The translations under genes were made by a program, and so were the position numbers. From Pseudomonadota bacterium (GTDB lineage Bacteria; Pseudomonadota; Alphaproteobacteria; Micavibrionales; Micavibrionaceae), in assembly GCA_963204825.1 (NCBI GenBank), contig CAUJHN010000153.1:8163-72162 (forward strand): a DNA stretch of 64,000 bases. The letters are read 5' to 3'. Position 1 is the first letter of the stretch, and each line of letters opens with the position of its first letter. Below are positions 18,336 through 28,839 of this stretch, in pieces. Under the pieces are notes generated by a model. That model had not been told where the DNA came from. It worked only from the letters and a program-made list of their open reading frames with translations, and did no database searches.

Positions 18336-20153
18336 ATGACACCGCCAAAGGATCAAACAGCAACGAAAGCCCAGACCGAACAAGACAACACGGTCCACGC
18401 CCTTCCCAAAACCCGGAAGATGACCGGCGCACAGATGGTGATGGAGGCGCTGGCTGAAAACGGTGTCGACACGATCTTTGGCTACCCTGGCGGTGCGGTT
18501 CTGCCTATTTATGACGCCCTGCATCAACAAAAGAAGGTTAAACATGTTCTGGTACGACATGAACAGGGCGCAGGCCACGCGGCGGAGGGCTATGCCCGTT
18601 CTACAGGTAAAGTTGGCGTATGTCTGGTAACGTCCGGCCCCGGCGCGACAAACGTCGTTACCGCGCTGACCGACGCGTTGATGGATTCCATTCCGATGGT
18701 GTGCATCACGGGGCAGGTTCCAACCTTCCTGATCGGCACGGATGCGTTTCAGGAAGCCGACACGACAGGCATCACCCGCGCCTGTACCAAACACAATTAT
18801 CTGGTGCGGGACGTAAACGACCTCGCCCGCATTATCCATGAGGCGTTCCATGTTGCACGCTCCGGCCGCCCGGGTCCTGTCTTGATCGATCTGCCAAAGG
18901 ACGTTCAGTTTGCCGAAGGTCCTTATATCTCAAAAGATCAGGCCCCGATGCATATGTACCAGCCCCGAACAGAACCGGATATGGATCTGATCGAAGAAGC
19001 CGTTGAGCTTATGGCGTCGGCCAAACGTCCCGTCTTTTATACAGGCGGCGGCATTATCAATGCAGGCCCGAAAGCTTCTGAAGCCCTGGTAAAACTGGTG
19101 CGCGAAACGGGATTCCCCATTACATCGACATTGATGGGTCTGGGTTCCTTCCCGGCTAGCGACAAGCAATGGCTGGGGATGCTGGGCATGCACGGAACAT
19201 ACGAAGCCAACTGGGCGATGCATGATTGCGATGTCATGATCTGCATAGGCGCGCGTTTCGATGACCGCGTAACAGGCGCATTGAAAGGTTTCTCTCCGCA
19301 TTCCAAAAAGATTCATATCGACATCGACCCATCGTCGATTAATAAAAACGTTCATGTCGACATCGGCATCGTCGGCGACGCGGGCAAAGCCGCGGAAGCC
19401 ATGCTTAAAGTATGGAAGGCACGCGGATTTAAAGCCGATCCTGACGCCATGAAAACATGGAATGCGCAAATCGATAAATGGCGGGATATAAAATGCCTTC
19501 AGTACAAAAACAGCAAAGACGTGATCAAGCCGCAATATGCGCTGGAACGCTTAAGTGATGCGATCAAAAAAGACGGCCGTGATACGTTTATTTCCACCGA
19601 AGTGGGCCAGCACCAGATGTGGGCTGCGCAATTCTTGCCGTTCGAAAAACCGAACCGCTGGTTGACGTCGGGTGGATTGGGCACGATGGGTTACGGCCTT
19701 CCCGCCGCGATCGGCGCGCAGATGGCGCACCCCGATGCGCTTTGCATCGACGTTGCGGGTGAAGCTTCTATATTGATGAATATTCAGGAGTTAACGACGG
19801 CGGTCCAATATCGCCTGCCCGTCAAAATCTTTATCCTGAATAATCAGTGGATGGGCATGGTGCGCCAATGGCAGGAACTGCTGCACGGAGAACGTTATTC
19901 CCAAAGCTATTCCGAAAGCCTTCCTGATTTTGTGAAACTGGCGGAAGCTTACGGCGGCATCGGCCTGAGGGCGACAACGCCGGCGGAACTCGACGACGTC
20001 ATCGAAAAGATGATGAAAACGGATAAGGTTACGATTGTCGATGTCTGCGTGGACCAAAAGGAAAACTGTTTCCCGATGATTCCATCCGGCAAGGCGCACA
20101 ACGAAATGATCCTGTCCGCCGACCCCAGCCAGTATGACAAGAAGCTGGTGTAA
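18336..20153 (+). CDS. ilvB: Acetolactate synthase (acetohydroxyacid synthase) large subunit
   Basis: ThDP-enzyme blocks GYPGGAVLPIYDAL, GPGATN and GGLGTMGYGLPAAIGA. The start is set at Met45 of the ORF (gaaggga RBS), because the upstream 44 codons span the terminator. Confidence 0.95.
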   Translation: MTPPKDQTATKAQTEQDNTVHALPKTRKMTGAQMVMEALAENGVDTIFGYPGGAVLPIYDALHQQKKVKHVLVRHEQGAGHAAEGYARSTGKVGVCLVTSGPGATNVVTALTDALMDSIPMVCITGQVPTFLIGTDAFQEADTTGITRACTKHNYLVRDVNDLARIIHEAFHVARSGRPGPVLIDLPKDVQFAEGPYISKDQAPMHMYQPRTEPDMDLIEEAVELMASAKRPVFYTGGGIINAGPKASEALVKLVRETGFPITSTLMGLGSFPASDKQWLGMLGMHGTYEANWAMHDCDVMICIGARFDDRVTGALKGFSPHSKKIHIDIDPSSINKNVHVDIGIVGDAGKAAEAMLKVWKARGFKADPDAMKTWNAQIDKWRDIKCLQYKNSKDVIKPQYALERLSDAIKKDGRDTFISTEVGQHQMWAAQFLPFEKPNRWLTSGGLGTMGYGLPAAIGAQMAHPDALCIDVAGEASILMNIQELTTAVQYRLPVKIFILNNQWMGMVRQWQELLHGERYSQSYSESLPDFVKLAEAYGGIGLRATTPAELDDVIEKMMKTDKVTIVDVCVDQKENCFPMIPSGKAHNEMILSADPSQYDKKLV

Positions 20154-20233
20154 ATAAGGCCAGTCTGGAACTTCCAGCCACAATTCTCCGTTAGAAATGA
20201 CAGCAGGAGTCATTATTTAATGGGAGAAAAGTC

Positions 20234-20437
20234 ATGGCATTTAAAATGACGTTGTGGTTTTGCGCCCTGATGACAGCGGCAATGGTTTATAATGGAAGCG
20301 TGGCTTATATGGCGATGGGCTCGTCAAATGTGCAGCAAAAATTTTTGGAGATCGGCCTGATTGCGCCAACCAGTAATCACATCATCCCTGCACACAAGCC
20401 TCCACCGCCAGAAAATATGATGGCGAGCATTGAATAA
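20234..20437 (+). CDS. Small hypothetical membrane protein between the AHAS subunit genes
   Basis: 67-aa ORF with a gggag RBS and a hydrophobic N-terminus (LWFCALMTAAMVY). No recognisable family. Confidence 0.35.
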   Translation: MAFKMTLWFCALMTAAMVYNGSVAYMAMGSSNVQQKFLEIGLIAPTSNHIIPAHKPPPPENMMASIE

Positions 20438-20485
20438 GGCCAATAGACGCTGGACTTAAGCGCAAAAACGCCTTAAACCATTCCT

Positions 20486-21043
20486 ATGGTTAAGAAAAAA
20501 TCCGATAGCGGAAAAAGCGTTTACGGCTCCACCATCGACAATGGCGTGGCATCGGCGCATACGCTTTCCATTCTCGTCGATAACGAACCGGGGGTTCTGG
20601 CCCGCGTTGTTGGTTTATATTCCGGTCGTGGATACAACATCGAAAGCCTGACAGTCGCGGAAACCGACCACGCCAATAATTTATCACGCATAACCATCAT
20701 CTGCTCCGGCACGCCGATGGTGATAGAACAAATCAAACACCAGCTGGACCGCCTTGTCCCCGTTCACCGGGTAACAGACCTTACGCTGCAGGGGGAGCAT
20801 GTAGAACGGGAACTCGCTCTTATAAAAGTCAGCAGCACAGGCGAAAAGCGAATAGAGGCGCTTCGCACCGCCGATATCTTCCGCGCGCGCGTTGTGGATT
20901 CCACTCATGAATCCTTTGTATTTGAAGTCACAGGATCTTCGGCAAAAGTGAATGCGTTTATTGAGTTGATGCGCGGGCTCGGCATGGTCGATGTTTCACG
21001 CACAGGCGTCGCCGCCATGTCACGCGGCACAAAAGCGATATGA
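20486..21043 (+). CDS. ilvN: Acetolactate synthase small (regulatory) subunit
   Basis: ACT domain HTLSILVDNEPGVLARVVGLYSGRGYNIESLTV plus the C-terminal ALS_ss_C region. Confidence 0.93.
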   Translation: MVKKKSDSGKSVYGSTIDNGVASAHTLSILVDNEPGVLARVVGLYSGRGYNIESLTVAETDHANNLSRITIICSGTPMVIEQIKHQLDRLVPVHRVTDLTLQGEHVERELALIKVSSTGEKRIEALRTADIFRARVVDSTHESFVFEVTGSSAKVNAFIELMRGLGMVDVSRTGVAAMSRGTKAI

Positions 21044-21064
21044 TTTATCAATAAGGAGATACAC

Positions 21065-21490
21065 ATGAAAAAATGTATGTTTGTTCTTTTAACGGCTTCC
21101 GCCCTTTCTCTGTCCGCCTGCGTTTCCGAAGAACAGGCCGACGCAAAAATGACCGAAGGATGCAAGGCAGCAATAGCCGCCATGATTGAACCCAATACGA
21201 TCAAGGAGGTAAAATCTTCTTCAGGCGCTTCGGAAGACGTTATGGGCGATATGTATCGCCGCATTACCCTGAAATATGTAGAAGCGGAAGATTTCGCAGG
21301 ACTTGAAAAAACAGGCTCCTGCCTTTTCTCCGAACAATGGGGTCCCGCCAAAACATCCCATACCGCCATGCTTGAGCAGGTCGTCTATAACGACACGACG
21401 ATAGGCAAAAAGGATGGGCAGGTTGTCGGTGATATGCAGGCCTTTATAAAGCTGACAGAAACAGTTGGCACAGTAATGAGTCAGAAATAA
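21065..21490 (+). CDS. Hypothetical lipoprotein
   Basis: Strong aaggag RBS and a lipobox signal MKKCMFVLLTASALSLSAC. Confidence 0.6.
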   Translation: MKKCMFVLLTASALSLSACVSEEQADAKMTEGCKAAIAAMIEPNTIKEVKSSSGASEDVMGDMYRRITLKYVEAEDFAGLEKTGSCLFSEQWGPAKTSHTAMLEQVVYNDTTIGKKDGQVVGDMQAFIKLTETVGTVMSQK

Positions 21491-21570
21491 TCTTACAAAA
21501 GCCGTCCGTTTATATGATATATGATGCTTAAAGCTTGATTTTTCAGGCTTAAAGTGCTTTTCTATACTGA

Positions 21571-22680
<1,110 letters not shown>

Positions 22681-22688
22681 GAACAAAT

Positions 22689-22716
22689 AAAAAGGCCGGA
22701 TTTTCCGGCCTTTTTA
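22689..22716. terminator. Bidirectional Rho-independent terminator (ilvC and the convergent 22717 gene)
   Basis: aaaaa-ggccgga-ttt-tccggcc-ttttt. Confidence 0.85.
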
Positions 22717-23052
22717 TTAATGCTGCATTTTTTCGCGAACCTTATCACGTATAGATTCTTCTTTTTCAACGGGCGGTTTCGGCGCAACGGGTTCCCCTGT
22801 TATAGCATCACGGGGAAGCTGAACCTTTGGCACTTCAACCACCGTAGGCGCAGGGGCAGGCGCCGGAGGGACAACGACAGCGGTGCCCGGAGGCACAACC
22901 ACCGTTGTGGAACTGGGCGTTGTTACCGGCGGCGCAACGGGTGCCGTTGGCGCGGACGTATTGTTCGTCGTCACCGCCCCTTCCGCTCGCGCCTGAAATG
23001 GCGCAATCATAAGAGCAAGAGCCGCTATAGCCAGACAGGATGATTTTTTCAT
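22717..23052 (-). CDS. Secreted Pro/Thr/Val-rich low-complexity protein
   Basis: Signal peptide MKKSSCLAIAALALMIAPFQARA (start at Met14 of the ORF), followed by PxP-rich repeats. Confidence 0.5.
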   Translation of the reverse strand: MKKSSCLAIAALALMIAPFQARAEGAVTTNNTSAPTAPVAPPVTTPSSTTVVVPPGTAVVVPPAPAPAPTVVEVPKVQLPRDAITGEPVAPKPPVEKEESIRDKVREKMQH

Positions 23053-23154
23053 GGGTGCCTCTTTTAAATACTGCACGGACGATTGTAACATGGTCCTTAT
23101 AACTATAAATGAAATAAAACTGGTTGAAGTTCCTTAACCATTTTTAGGATTATC

Positions 23155-24063
23155 ATGGATAAAAACGGCAAAAAAATGGACCAGGTGTTTAAAGGCGCGG
23201 CCCTTATCCTGATTTCCGTCTTTATGATCGCCACCATGAACGCGGTTGGAAAATTCCTCAGTTCCGGCCTTCATCCCATTGAAATAACTTTTTACCGGAA
23301 CATACTGATCCTGGTTGGCTTTTGCGCCTATTTTCAATGTTCCGGGCAGTGGCATATCGTAAAAACCAACAACATGAAGGACCAGATTTACCGGGCCATC
23401 GTTGGCACCTGCGGGATTGTGTTCGGGTTTTGGGCCATATCAAAACTACCCCTTGCGGATGCGACAACGCTGCTATACACCGCGCCGCTGTTTGTGACGT
23501 TGCTGTCCTACCCGATGCTTGGAGAAAAGGTAGGGATTTATCGTGGTTCAGCCGTCCTCGTCGGATTTTGTGGAATTGCCCTGGTTGCATCTCCCACTGG
23601 GCAAAATCTGTCGACAACAGGGATCATGCTTGGGTTGGCTGCAGCCCTTTTCAATGCGCTGACACAATTGCAACTCAGAAAACTCGGCCGCAACGAAAAC
23701 CCCCTTACAACGGTTTTTTATTTCATGCTTTTCGGCACCATCATTACAGGCGCACTTCTGCCGTTCGTCTTCACAGGCCCGCCGTCTTTTGACTTATACC
23801 CCTTTCTCCTGCTGCTGGGTGCAAGCGGGATACTACAACAGATCCTGAAAACCATCGGTTACTCCATCGCACCCACGTCGGTGGTAACGCCAATCAACTA
23901 CTTCGGCCTTGTCTGGGCGGCATTGTTCGGGTTCGTGATCTGGCATGAAGTGCCGACGCGCGCCATATACGCAGGCGCAGGCATCATAATAGCGTCCAAC
24001 CTGTTTATCCTGTGGCGGGAGCAGTATCTGAAGAAAAAGGAACTATCGCAGCCCTTAGACTGA
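23155..24063 (+). CDS. EamA/DMT-family transporter
   Basis: Ten hydrophobic segments in two EamA-like halves. It is a paralog of 24445..25368 (shared FYRN.., LPLADAT.., GE.. blocks). Confidence 0.8.
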   Translation: MDKNGKKMDQVFKGAALILISVFMIATMNAVGKFLSSGLHPIEITFYRNILILVGFCAYFQCSGQWHIVKTNNMKDQIYRAIVGTCGIVFGFWAISKLPLADATTLLYTAPLFVTLLSYPMLGEKVGIYRGSAVLVGFCGIALVASPTGQNLSTTGIMLGLAAALFNALTQLQLRKLGRNENPLTTVFYFMLFGTIITGALLPFVFTGPPSFDLYPFLLLLGASGILQQILKTIGYSIAPTSVVTPINYFGLVWAALFGFVIWHEVPTRAIYAGAGIIIASNLFILWREQYLKKKELSQPLD

Positions 24064-24402
24064 TTTATCCGTCTTACTGTCAGGCGTATAATATTCGATA
24101 TCAACCCTGGAAGAGAGCGGCTGATATGTTTGGACCGTACCATTGACGAATTTCCAAACAGAATTCAAGACACGCAGATAAGAATCCAGTCTACGCGTTT
24201 TTTCCGCCCGCTTCATGGCAGCCGCCCCGACATCGACGATGTCGGTCAGTTGTTTTTCCGCCTGTGTCAGCCCCAGCCTAGATTCACCAACTGACACAGA
24301 TGAAACCTCCAGCCGGGCCAGCTTGATAGCAGGAACCGCATTTTTCCCTGAAATCATATCAACCATGTCATTTTGGGGTTTCCCCCGCTCCTCTTTTCCC
24401 AT
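24055..24402 (-). CDS. Hypothetical protein
   Basis: 115-aa ORF in the gap between the two EamA genes. No recognisable motifs. Confidence 0.35.
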   Translation of the reverse strand: MGKEERGKPQNDMVDMISGKNAVPAIKLARLEVSSVSVGESRLGLTQAEKQLTDIVDVGAAAMKRAEKTRRLDSYLRVLNSVWKFVNGTVQTYQPLSSRVDIEYYTPDSKTDKSV

Positions 24403-24444
24403 TATACCATGAAAAGGCTTTAAAACAGGATTAAATCGACCCTG

Positions 24445-25368
24445 ATGACCGATATTGCAACCACAGAAAGAACCGACAATCCCGTTCTTGGCATGGTTTA
24501 TGCCATTGCGGCGTTCTTTACCTTCGCCGTTATGAATGTGTTCGCCAAGATGTTATCCGAACATCACCATGTCATAGAAGTCGCTTTTTACCGGAATCTG
24601 ATTGCAACTCTTCCCATGCTTTTCCTGATATTCGGAATGGGAAAAAAAGAAATATTGGTCATCCGCAGCAGCCCCCGCGCCGTGGTCATCCGCTCCATCG
24701 TCGGCACGGCCAGCCTTGCCACGACATTCGGCGCCTTTTCCATTATGCCTCTGGCGGACGCCACGGCCTTCTTGTTCACCTCATCGTTAATCATACCTGC
24801 CCTTTGCTACTTTTTCTTGAAAGAACAGGTCGGGAAATATAGGTGGGGGGCGATCCTGGTCGGGTTCATGGGCGTTATCGTCATGTTACAGCCATCGGGC
24901 AATGTGAATTTGATGGGCATAGGCCTTTGTCTCACCGCTGCGTGTATGCATGCAACGCTTCAAACCATTCTGCGCGCCCTTGGAAAAACCGAAAGTCCTG
25001 AGACAATTACATTCTACTTTGTCTTTATCGGTACGTTTATCGCGCTGATACCCATGCCGCTCGTCTTCACCATGCCCACATGGAACGAAGTGCCATTAAT
25101 CCTTGCCGTCGGCATTACAGGCGTTATCGCACAATTTTTGCTTTCAATTGCTTATAAAAATGCGCCGGCCTCTATCGTGACGGTATTTAATTACTCCGGC
25201 ATCATCTGGGCGACGACATTCGGCTGGATATTCTTTAACGACTGGCCTGACCATGCGATCTTTATTGGCGGAGGTATCGTCATAGCGTCCAATGTTTTCA
25301 TTGTTTACCGCGAGCAAAAACTCGCGAGGATAGCCCGCGCGACGGTGCAAAAAGCAGACGTCATTTAA
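24445..25368 (+). CDS. EamA/DMT-family transporter
   Basis: Ten hydrophobic segments. VAFYRNLIATLPM and MPLADATAFLFTS match its paralog. Confidence 0.8.
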   Translation: MTDIATTERTDNPVLGMVYAIAAFFTFAVMNVFAKMLSEHHHVIEVAFYRNLIATLPMLFLIFGMGKKEILVIRSSPRAVVIRSIVGTASLATTFGAFSIMPLADATAFLFTSSLIIPALCYFFLKEQVGKYRWGAILVGFMGVIVMLQPSGNVNLMGIGLCLTAACMHATLQTILRALGKTESPETITFYFVFIGTFIALIPMPLVFTMPTWNEVPLILAVGITGVIAQFLLSIAYKNAPASIVTVFNYSGIIWATTFGWIFFNDWPDHAIFIGGGIVIASNVFIVYREQKLARIARATVQKADVI

Positions 25369-25613
25369 TCAGCAAACCCCCGCCACTGTTCCGACAAATT
25401 TGAATTCTATTTTTAGAATCATGGACGGATTTGTTGGCAAATATATATTGGAAGAAGCGGCTCTGGAAGTTTCGGGACTGTTCGCGGATGTGGCGGGCGT
25501 TGTCGAACCGGAATATGCGGCAAAACGCCATATCCCTCCGGGTAAAAAACTTCCCTCTTACTCAAGAAATCTTTGGGCGGACATGAAAAGCCGATGGGGC
25601 ATCCCATCCCTTA

Positions 25614-26096
25614 CTATTCCAGCTGTAGGCCATCCTTCGTAAACAATCCGATCTCTCGTTTGGTATGCCAATCTTTCAGCACGATCATAGGATGATTGCC
25701 ACGGCTCGTAATCCCATAAACGGTATCGAGCGTTGTTACCACCCTGCGCTTGTCGAGGCCGCCAAGACGATAGAACTGCGGACCGACAATGAGAACGGGC
25801 ACATCGGACTGATCCGTTTGTTCGCGCAGTATGTCAGCGCGGAAAAAACCATCGATGAGAGCGAAATTGTCCTTGTTCTGCGACAACCAGTCCTGCACAT
25901 ACCAGTCTTCGGACGCCCATTGCTGGTTCTGTGTGTCCTTACCCGTTTCAAGATGCGCGTTGAATTTTTTATAGCTGGTCCATGTCCAATGTCCGGGCCA
26001 CCAGCCGAACGGCCATAACTGTTCCGCCCTTGCCGAAGACGGCGCTGTAATCGCAGCCAAAATCACAAGACATATCAATATGTTAACTTTTTTCAT
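25614..26096 (-). CDS. Secreted Trp-rich hypothetical protein
   Basis: Signal peptide MKKVNILICLVILAAITAPSSARA. No family recognised. Confidence 0.55.
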   Translation of the reverse strand: MKKVNILICLVILAAITAPSSARAEQLWPFGWWPGHWTWTSYKKFNAHLETGKDTQNQQWASEDWYVQDWLSQNKDNFALIDGFFRADILREQTDQSDVPVLIVGPQFYRLGGLDKRRVVTTLDTVYGITSRGNHPMIVLKDWHTKREIGLFTKDGLQLE

Positions 26097-26163
26097 GTGC
26101 GGACCTTTTCGCGCATTCTATTTCTAAAACAACTATTAACGCAAATCATGGTACCCTAGAATT

Positions 26164-26565
26164 ATGATTGGTGCCATATCCAACGCTTTAACGGGTTTAT
26201 TTGCTGCTTCCAAACGCGTGGAGGCGAGCGCAAGCAATATCGCCAATGCCACAAGCGCCGGGTCGCTTGATCCCGGAAGCCCGTACCAGCCCTATGAAGC
26301 GCTGACCACCATTCAGACGGCAAATGGATCGGGCGGCACGCAGGCAACGAACATTCCCAAATCACCGGGTATCGTCAATGCCTATGCCCCCGATTCGCCA
26401 TTCGCAAATTCGGATGGGCTGGTTGGTGTGCCTAACACGGATTTGGCCGAAGACGCGGTCAACCTGAAAATCGCAGAGATTTCCTATAAAGCGAATCTGA
26501 AAGTGCTGAAAGTCGCAAACGAAATGTCGGATGCTCTGCTTGGCACTTTCGATAAACGTGTCTAA
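26164..26565 (+). CDS. Flagellar basal-body rod protein FlgC-like
   Basis: N-terminal rod motif RVEASASNIANATS, a central PGIVNAYAPDSPFANSDGLVGVPNTDL, and a C-terminal ISYKANLKVLKVANEMSDALL. These are collinear with FlgC proteins of about 135 aa. Confidence 0.65.
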   Translation: MIGAISNALTGLFAASKRVEASASNIANATSAGSLDPGSPYQPYEALTTIQTANGSGGTQATNIPKSPGIVNAYAPDSPFANSDGLVGVPNTDLAEDAVNLKIAEISYKANLKVLKVANEMSDALLGTFDKRV

Positions 26566-26750
26566 ATGCCTCACAGATTGACAATTATCAAATTTTGCAT
26601 TGTGCAATGCGTAATGCATTGACAGAGTTGCAGTATGCGCATAGCTTCAATCATAAGATGATTCATTTTATGCTTAATTAGTATTCGCTGTGCGCGTCGT
26701 ATCGGTAGAGCATTCGTTTTCCTTAATCCATTTTGAGACGAATTACATAA

Positions 26751-27368
26751 ATGAACACGATCTACAGACGGGGAGAATCTCTTCCCACGCCGCAATCCAA
26801 ACTCAACAAAATAAATGTCCTTGTCCTGGATGGCGGCGCGAAAGCCGCGGAATTGATCCGCGCCATTTTTGCCGAACTGGGGTTAAAAAATGTCTTTGTC
26901 GCCAACGATGGCTATCAGGGTGTGCAGGTTATGAAAGAAGTGCGCATCCATATGATATTCACCGATTGGGAGTTAAAACTTCGAAACAAGATCGAAGAAA
27001 TCAACACCGTGGCTAGCAAAAAATCAGAAGAGATAGTACCGCTGAACGGTCTTCATTTTGTTCAAAGTTTACGAAAATCAAGCCATTCCCCGAACCCGTT
27101 TATTCCTATCGTCATGATGATGGATGCGGCAAACAAAATGGAAGTGCTAAAGGCAAGGGATGCAGGCGTGAATGAAATTCTGTTACGCCCCATCGATGCC
27201 GAAGAATTTTGCAAACGCCTGATATCGATCATCGATCATCCACGCCTGTTTATCACGGCAGATACTTACAAAGGGCCATGCAGACGCCGCGCGCAAACAT
27301 CCCTTCCCCCAGAAATTCCGGAACGGCGTTTCAAAGAAATACGTGTCATAAAATCCATGGGAGCTTGA
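26751..27368 (+). CDS. CheY-like receiver protein with internal insertion, atypical active-site residues and a C-terminal GPxRRR tail
   Basis: VLVLDGG (single acidic residue), phospho-acceptor context IFTDWEL, a 20-aa or so insertion, IPIVMMM, and LLRPI in place of the K-P motif. The tail reads YKGPCRRRA. Confidence 0.65.
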   Translation: MNTIYRRGESLPTPQSKLNKINVLVLDGGAKAAELIRAIFAELGLKNVFVANDGYQGVQVMKEVRIHMIFTDWELKLRNKIEEINTVASKKSEEIVPLNGLHFVQSLRKSSHSPNPFIPIVMMMDAANKMEVLKARDAGVNEILLRPIDAEEFCKRLISIIDHPRLFITADTYKGPCRRRAQTSLPPEIPERRFKEIRVIKSMGA

Positions 27369-27369
27369 T

Positions 27370-27816
27370 ATGACAGAGTATATAACAGCCGTCGAAGCCG
27401 ACACGTCTTTAAAGAAAATCATCGGTGAAGAGGTCGACTTAAACAGGTTATTCTCCCCGGAAAAAATAAGCGCGTGTCAGAAAATTATCGATGATGCGCG
27501 CAATGAATTTTTTCAGAACGAGCTCCCAAAAGTAGAGATTATAAAAAAATTGATGCGGGATGATGAAACGAAAATAGACTATAAAGTCTCAGAAATCGTA
27601 AATGACATGCGAAGCCAGGCAAAGATATTTGGCTTTCCCTTCATAGTTCTTGCATGCACCCACATCCTGTCTTTTTACGATGACACAGCAAAACCGCTGG
27701 GAGTGAAGCACAAAATTATTTCGCGCTTTGTCGAAATTCTGCATATCGCCATAAAAAACAAGGTCCGGGATGAAGGCGGAGATTTAGAAAAAGAAATGGC
27801 GCGGCTTCTAAAATAA
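27370..27816 (+). CDS. Hypothetical helical protein, translationally coupled to the receiver gene
   Basis: Start 2 nt after the receiver stop (TGATATG). AT-rich. An HPt-like function is only a guess, and no clear HxxKG motif is present. Confidence 0.45.
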   Translation: MTEYITAVEADTSLKKIIGEEVDLNRLFSPEKISACQKIIDDARNEFFQNELPKVEIIKKLMRDDETKIDYKVSEIVNDMRSQAKIFGFPFIVLACTHILSFYDDTAKPLGVKHKIISRFVEILHIAIKNKVRDEGGDLEKEMARLLK

Positions 27817-27819
27817 AAC

Positions 27820-28839
27820 TTATTCCAAAACCAGTACAGTGCCTGCCATTCCGTCCATAGTGACCCAAAGTCTTTCTTTGGTGTTAGCGAAACGGAAGAA
27901 CGCATCACCTAAACCCGTACTACTAGGAATTCGCATTTCGCGCGCCACAGTGCAGGCGTGAGAAAGGACTCCGCCCTGTGCGAAAAGCAGAGCGTCGGCC
28001 TGGGCAAAATATTCCACGCTATCAGGCCTTGCCTGCGGAAAAAGCAGTATCAGAGAGGCATTATACATTGTTTTTAAAGCCTGAAGATCCGGCTTATCGG
28101 CAGAAAAATTCATAACCACAACAAGGCCCGTAACACACCCCGTGGACACTGGCAGTCCCTTCCAGAATCGCCGGTCTATAGGATCTTCACTCTGAATGGG
28201 TGGTGGCTGCATTGCTTCGTCATCCCAAAAGACGTCCGGCAGCGCTGCCACATCGGCGGTTTCTGCATTTCTATTTGAAAATAAAGCGAACCATACTGAT
28301 GAAATCTCTGTTCTTTCCATCTGGACCCGTTGTATCTGCTCAAGAATTTTACGAGCGGATTTAGGGGCAGGTTGTGGGTTTGCAAGCCATTGTGACAACA
28401 GCGCAGTGTTCCCTCCAAGGCGTATAAGAAGAAACTGCAAGACGAGACCGAGTGCCACGCTTTCAACCAGAGGTTCGGCGCGCGGCTTTTTTCTTTGCAA
28501 AAACTGTGTGACGCCCCACTGCGCCTTTAGCAGAGCTATTACATTTTTTAATTTATAGGAATAAACAAATGCATAAATATTCTTCGAATCCCGTATGGGA
28601 CGAAACGTGCCGCCGCCTACCGTTTCGATCATATGCGACCAGTTAAAATAAGGGACATTCTGATGCCAGCGTATAAGCGCTTCCGTTTTCAACGCAGGCA
28701 GACCAAGTGCGCCCAATGCCTGACACCATACTGATCCGGGTGTTACAGAAAAAATATCTTCAAGTCGCTTTTTATCTTCGTCGGAAAAAATGACGCCGGT
28801 AAAAACTTCATCGGGAATTTTGGACCAAAGCGTTTTCAT
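27820..28839 (-). CDS. Protein with C-terminal PEP-utilising-enzyme mobile (swivel phosphohistidine) domain
   Basis: The C-terminus GCVTGLVVV..., FAQGGVLSHACTVAREMRIPSSTGL matches the GG..SHAAIVARE.GIP signature of PEP-utilizer swivel domains. The N-terminal 230 aa or so is unassigned. Confidence 0.65.
   Translation of the reverse strand: MKTLWSKIPDEVFTGVIFSDEDKKRLEDIFSVTPGSVWCQALGALGLPALKTEALIRWHQNVPYFNWSHMIETVGGGTFRPIRDSKNIYAFVYSYKLKNVIALLKAQWGVTQFLQRKKPRAEPLVESVALGLVLQFLLIRLGGNTALLSQWLANPQPAPKSARKILEQIQRVQMERTEISSVWFALFSNRNAETADVAALPDVFWDDEAMQPPPIQSEDPIDRRFWKGLPVSTGCVTGLVVVMNFSADKPDLQALKTMYNASLILLFPQARPDSVEYFAQADALLFAQGGVLSHACTVAREMRIPSSTGLGDAFFRFANTKERLWVTMDGMAGTVLVLE

Noticed and set aside
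25400-25642. 80-aa plus-strand ORF after the second EamA gene
   Set aside because: It starts at a non-ATG codon in the track, overlaps the 3' end of the convergent secreted-protein gene, and has no RBS or motifs. It is probably not coding.
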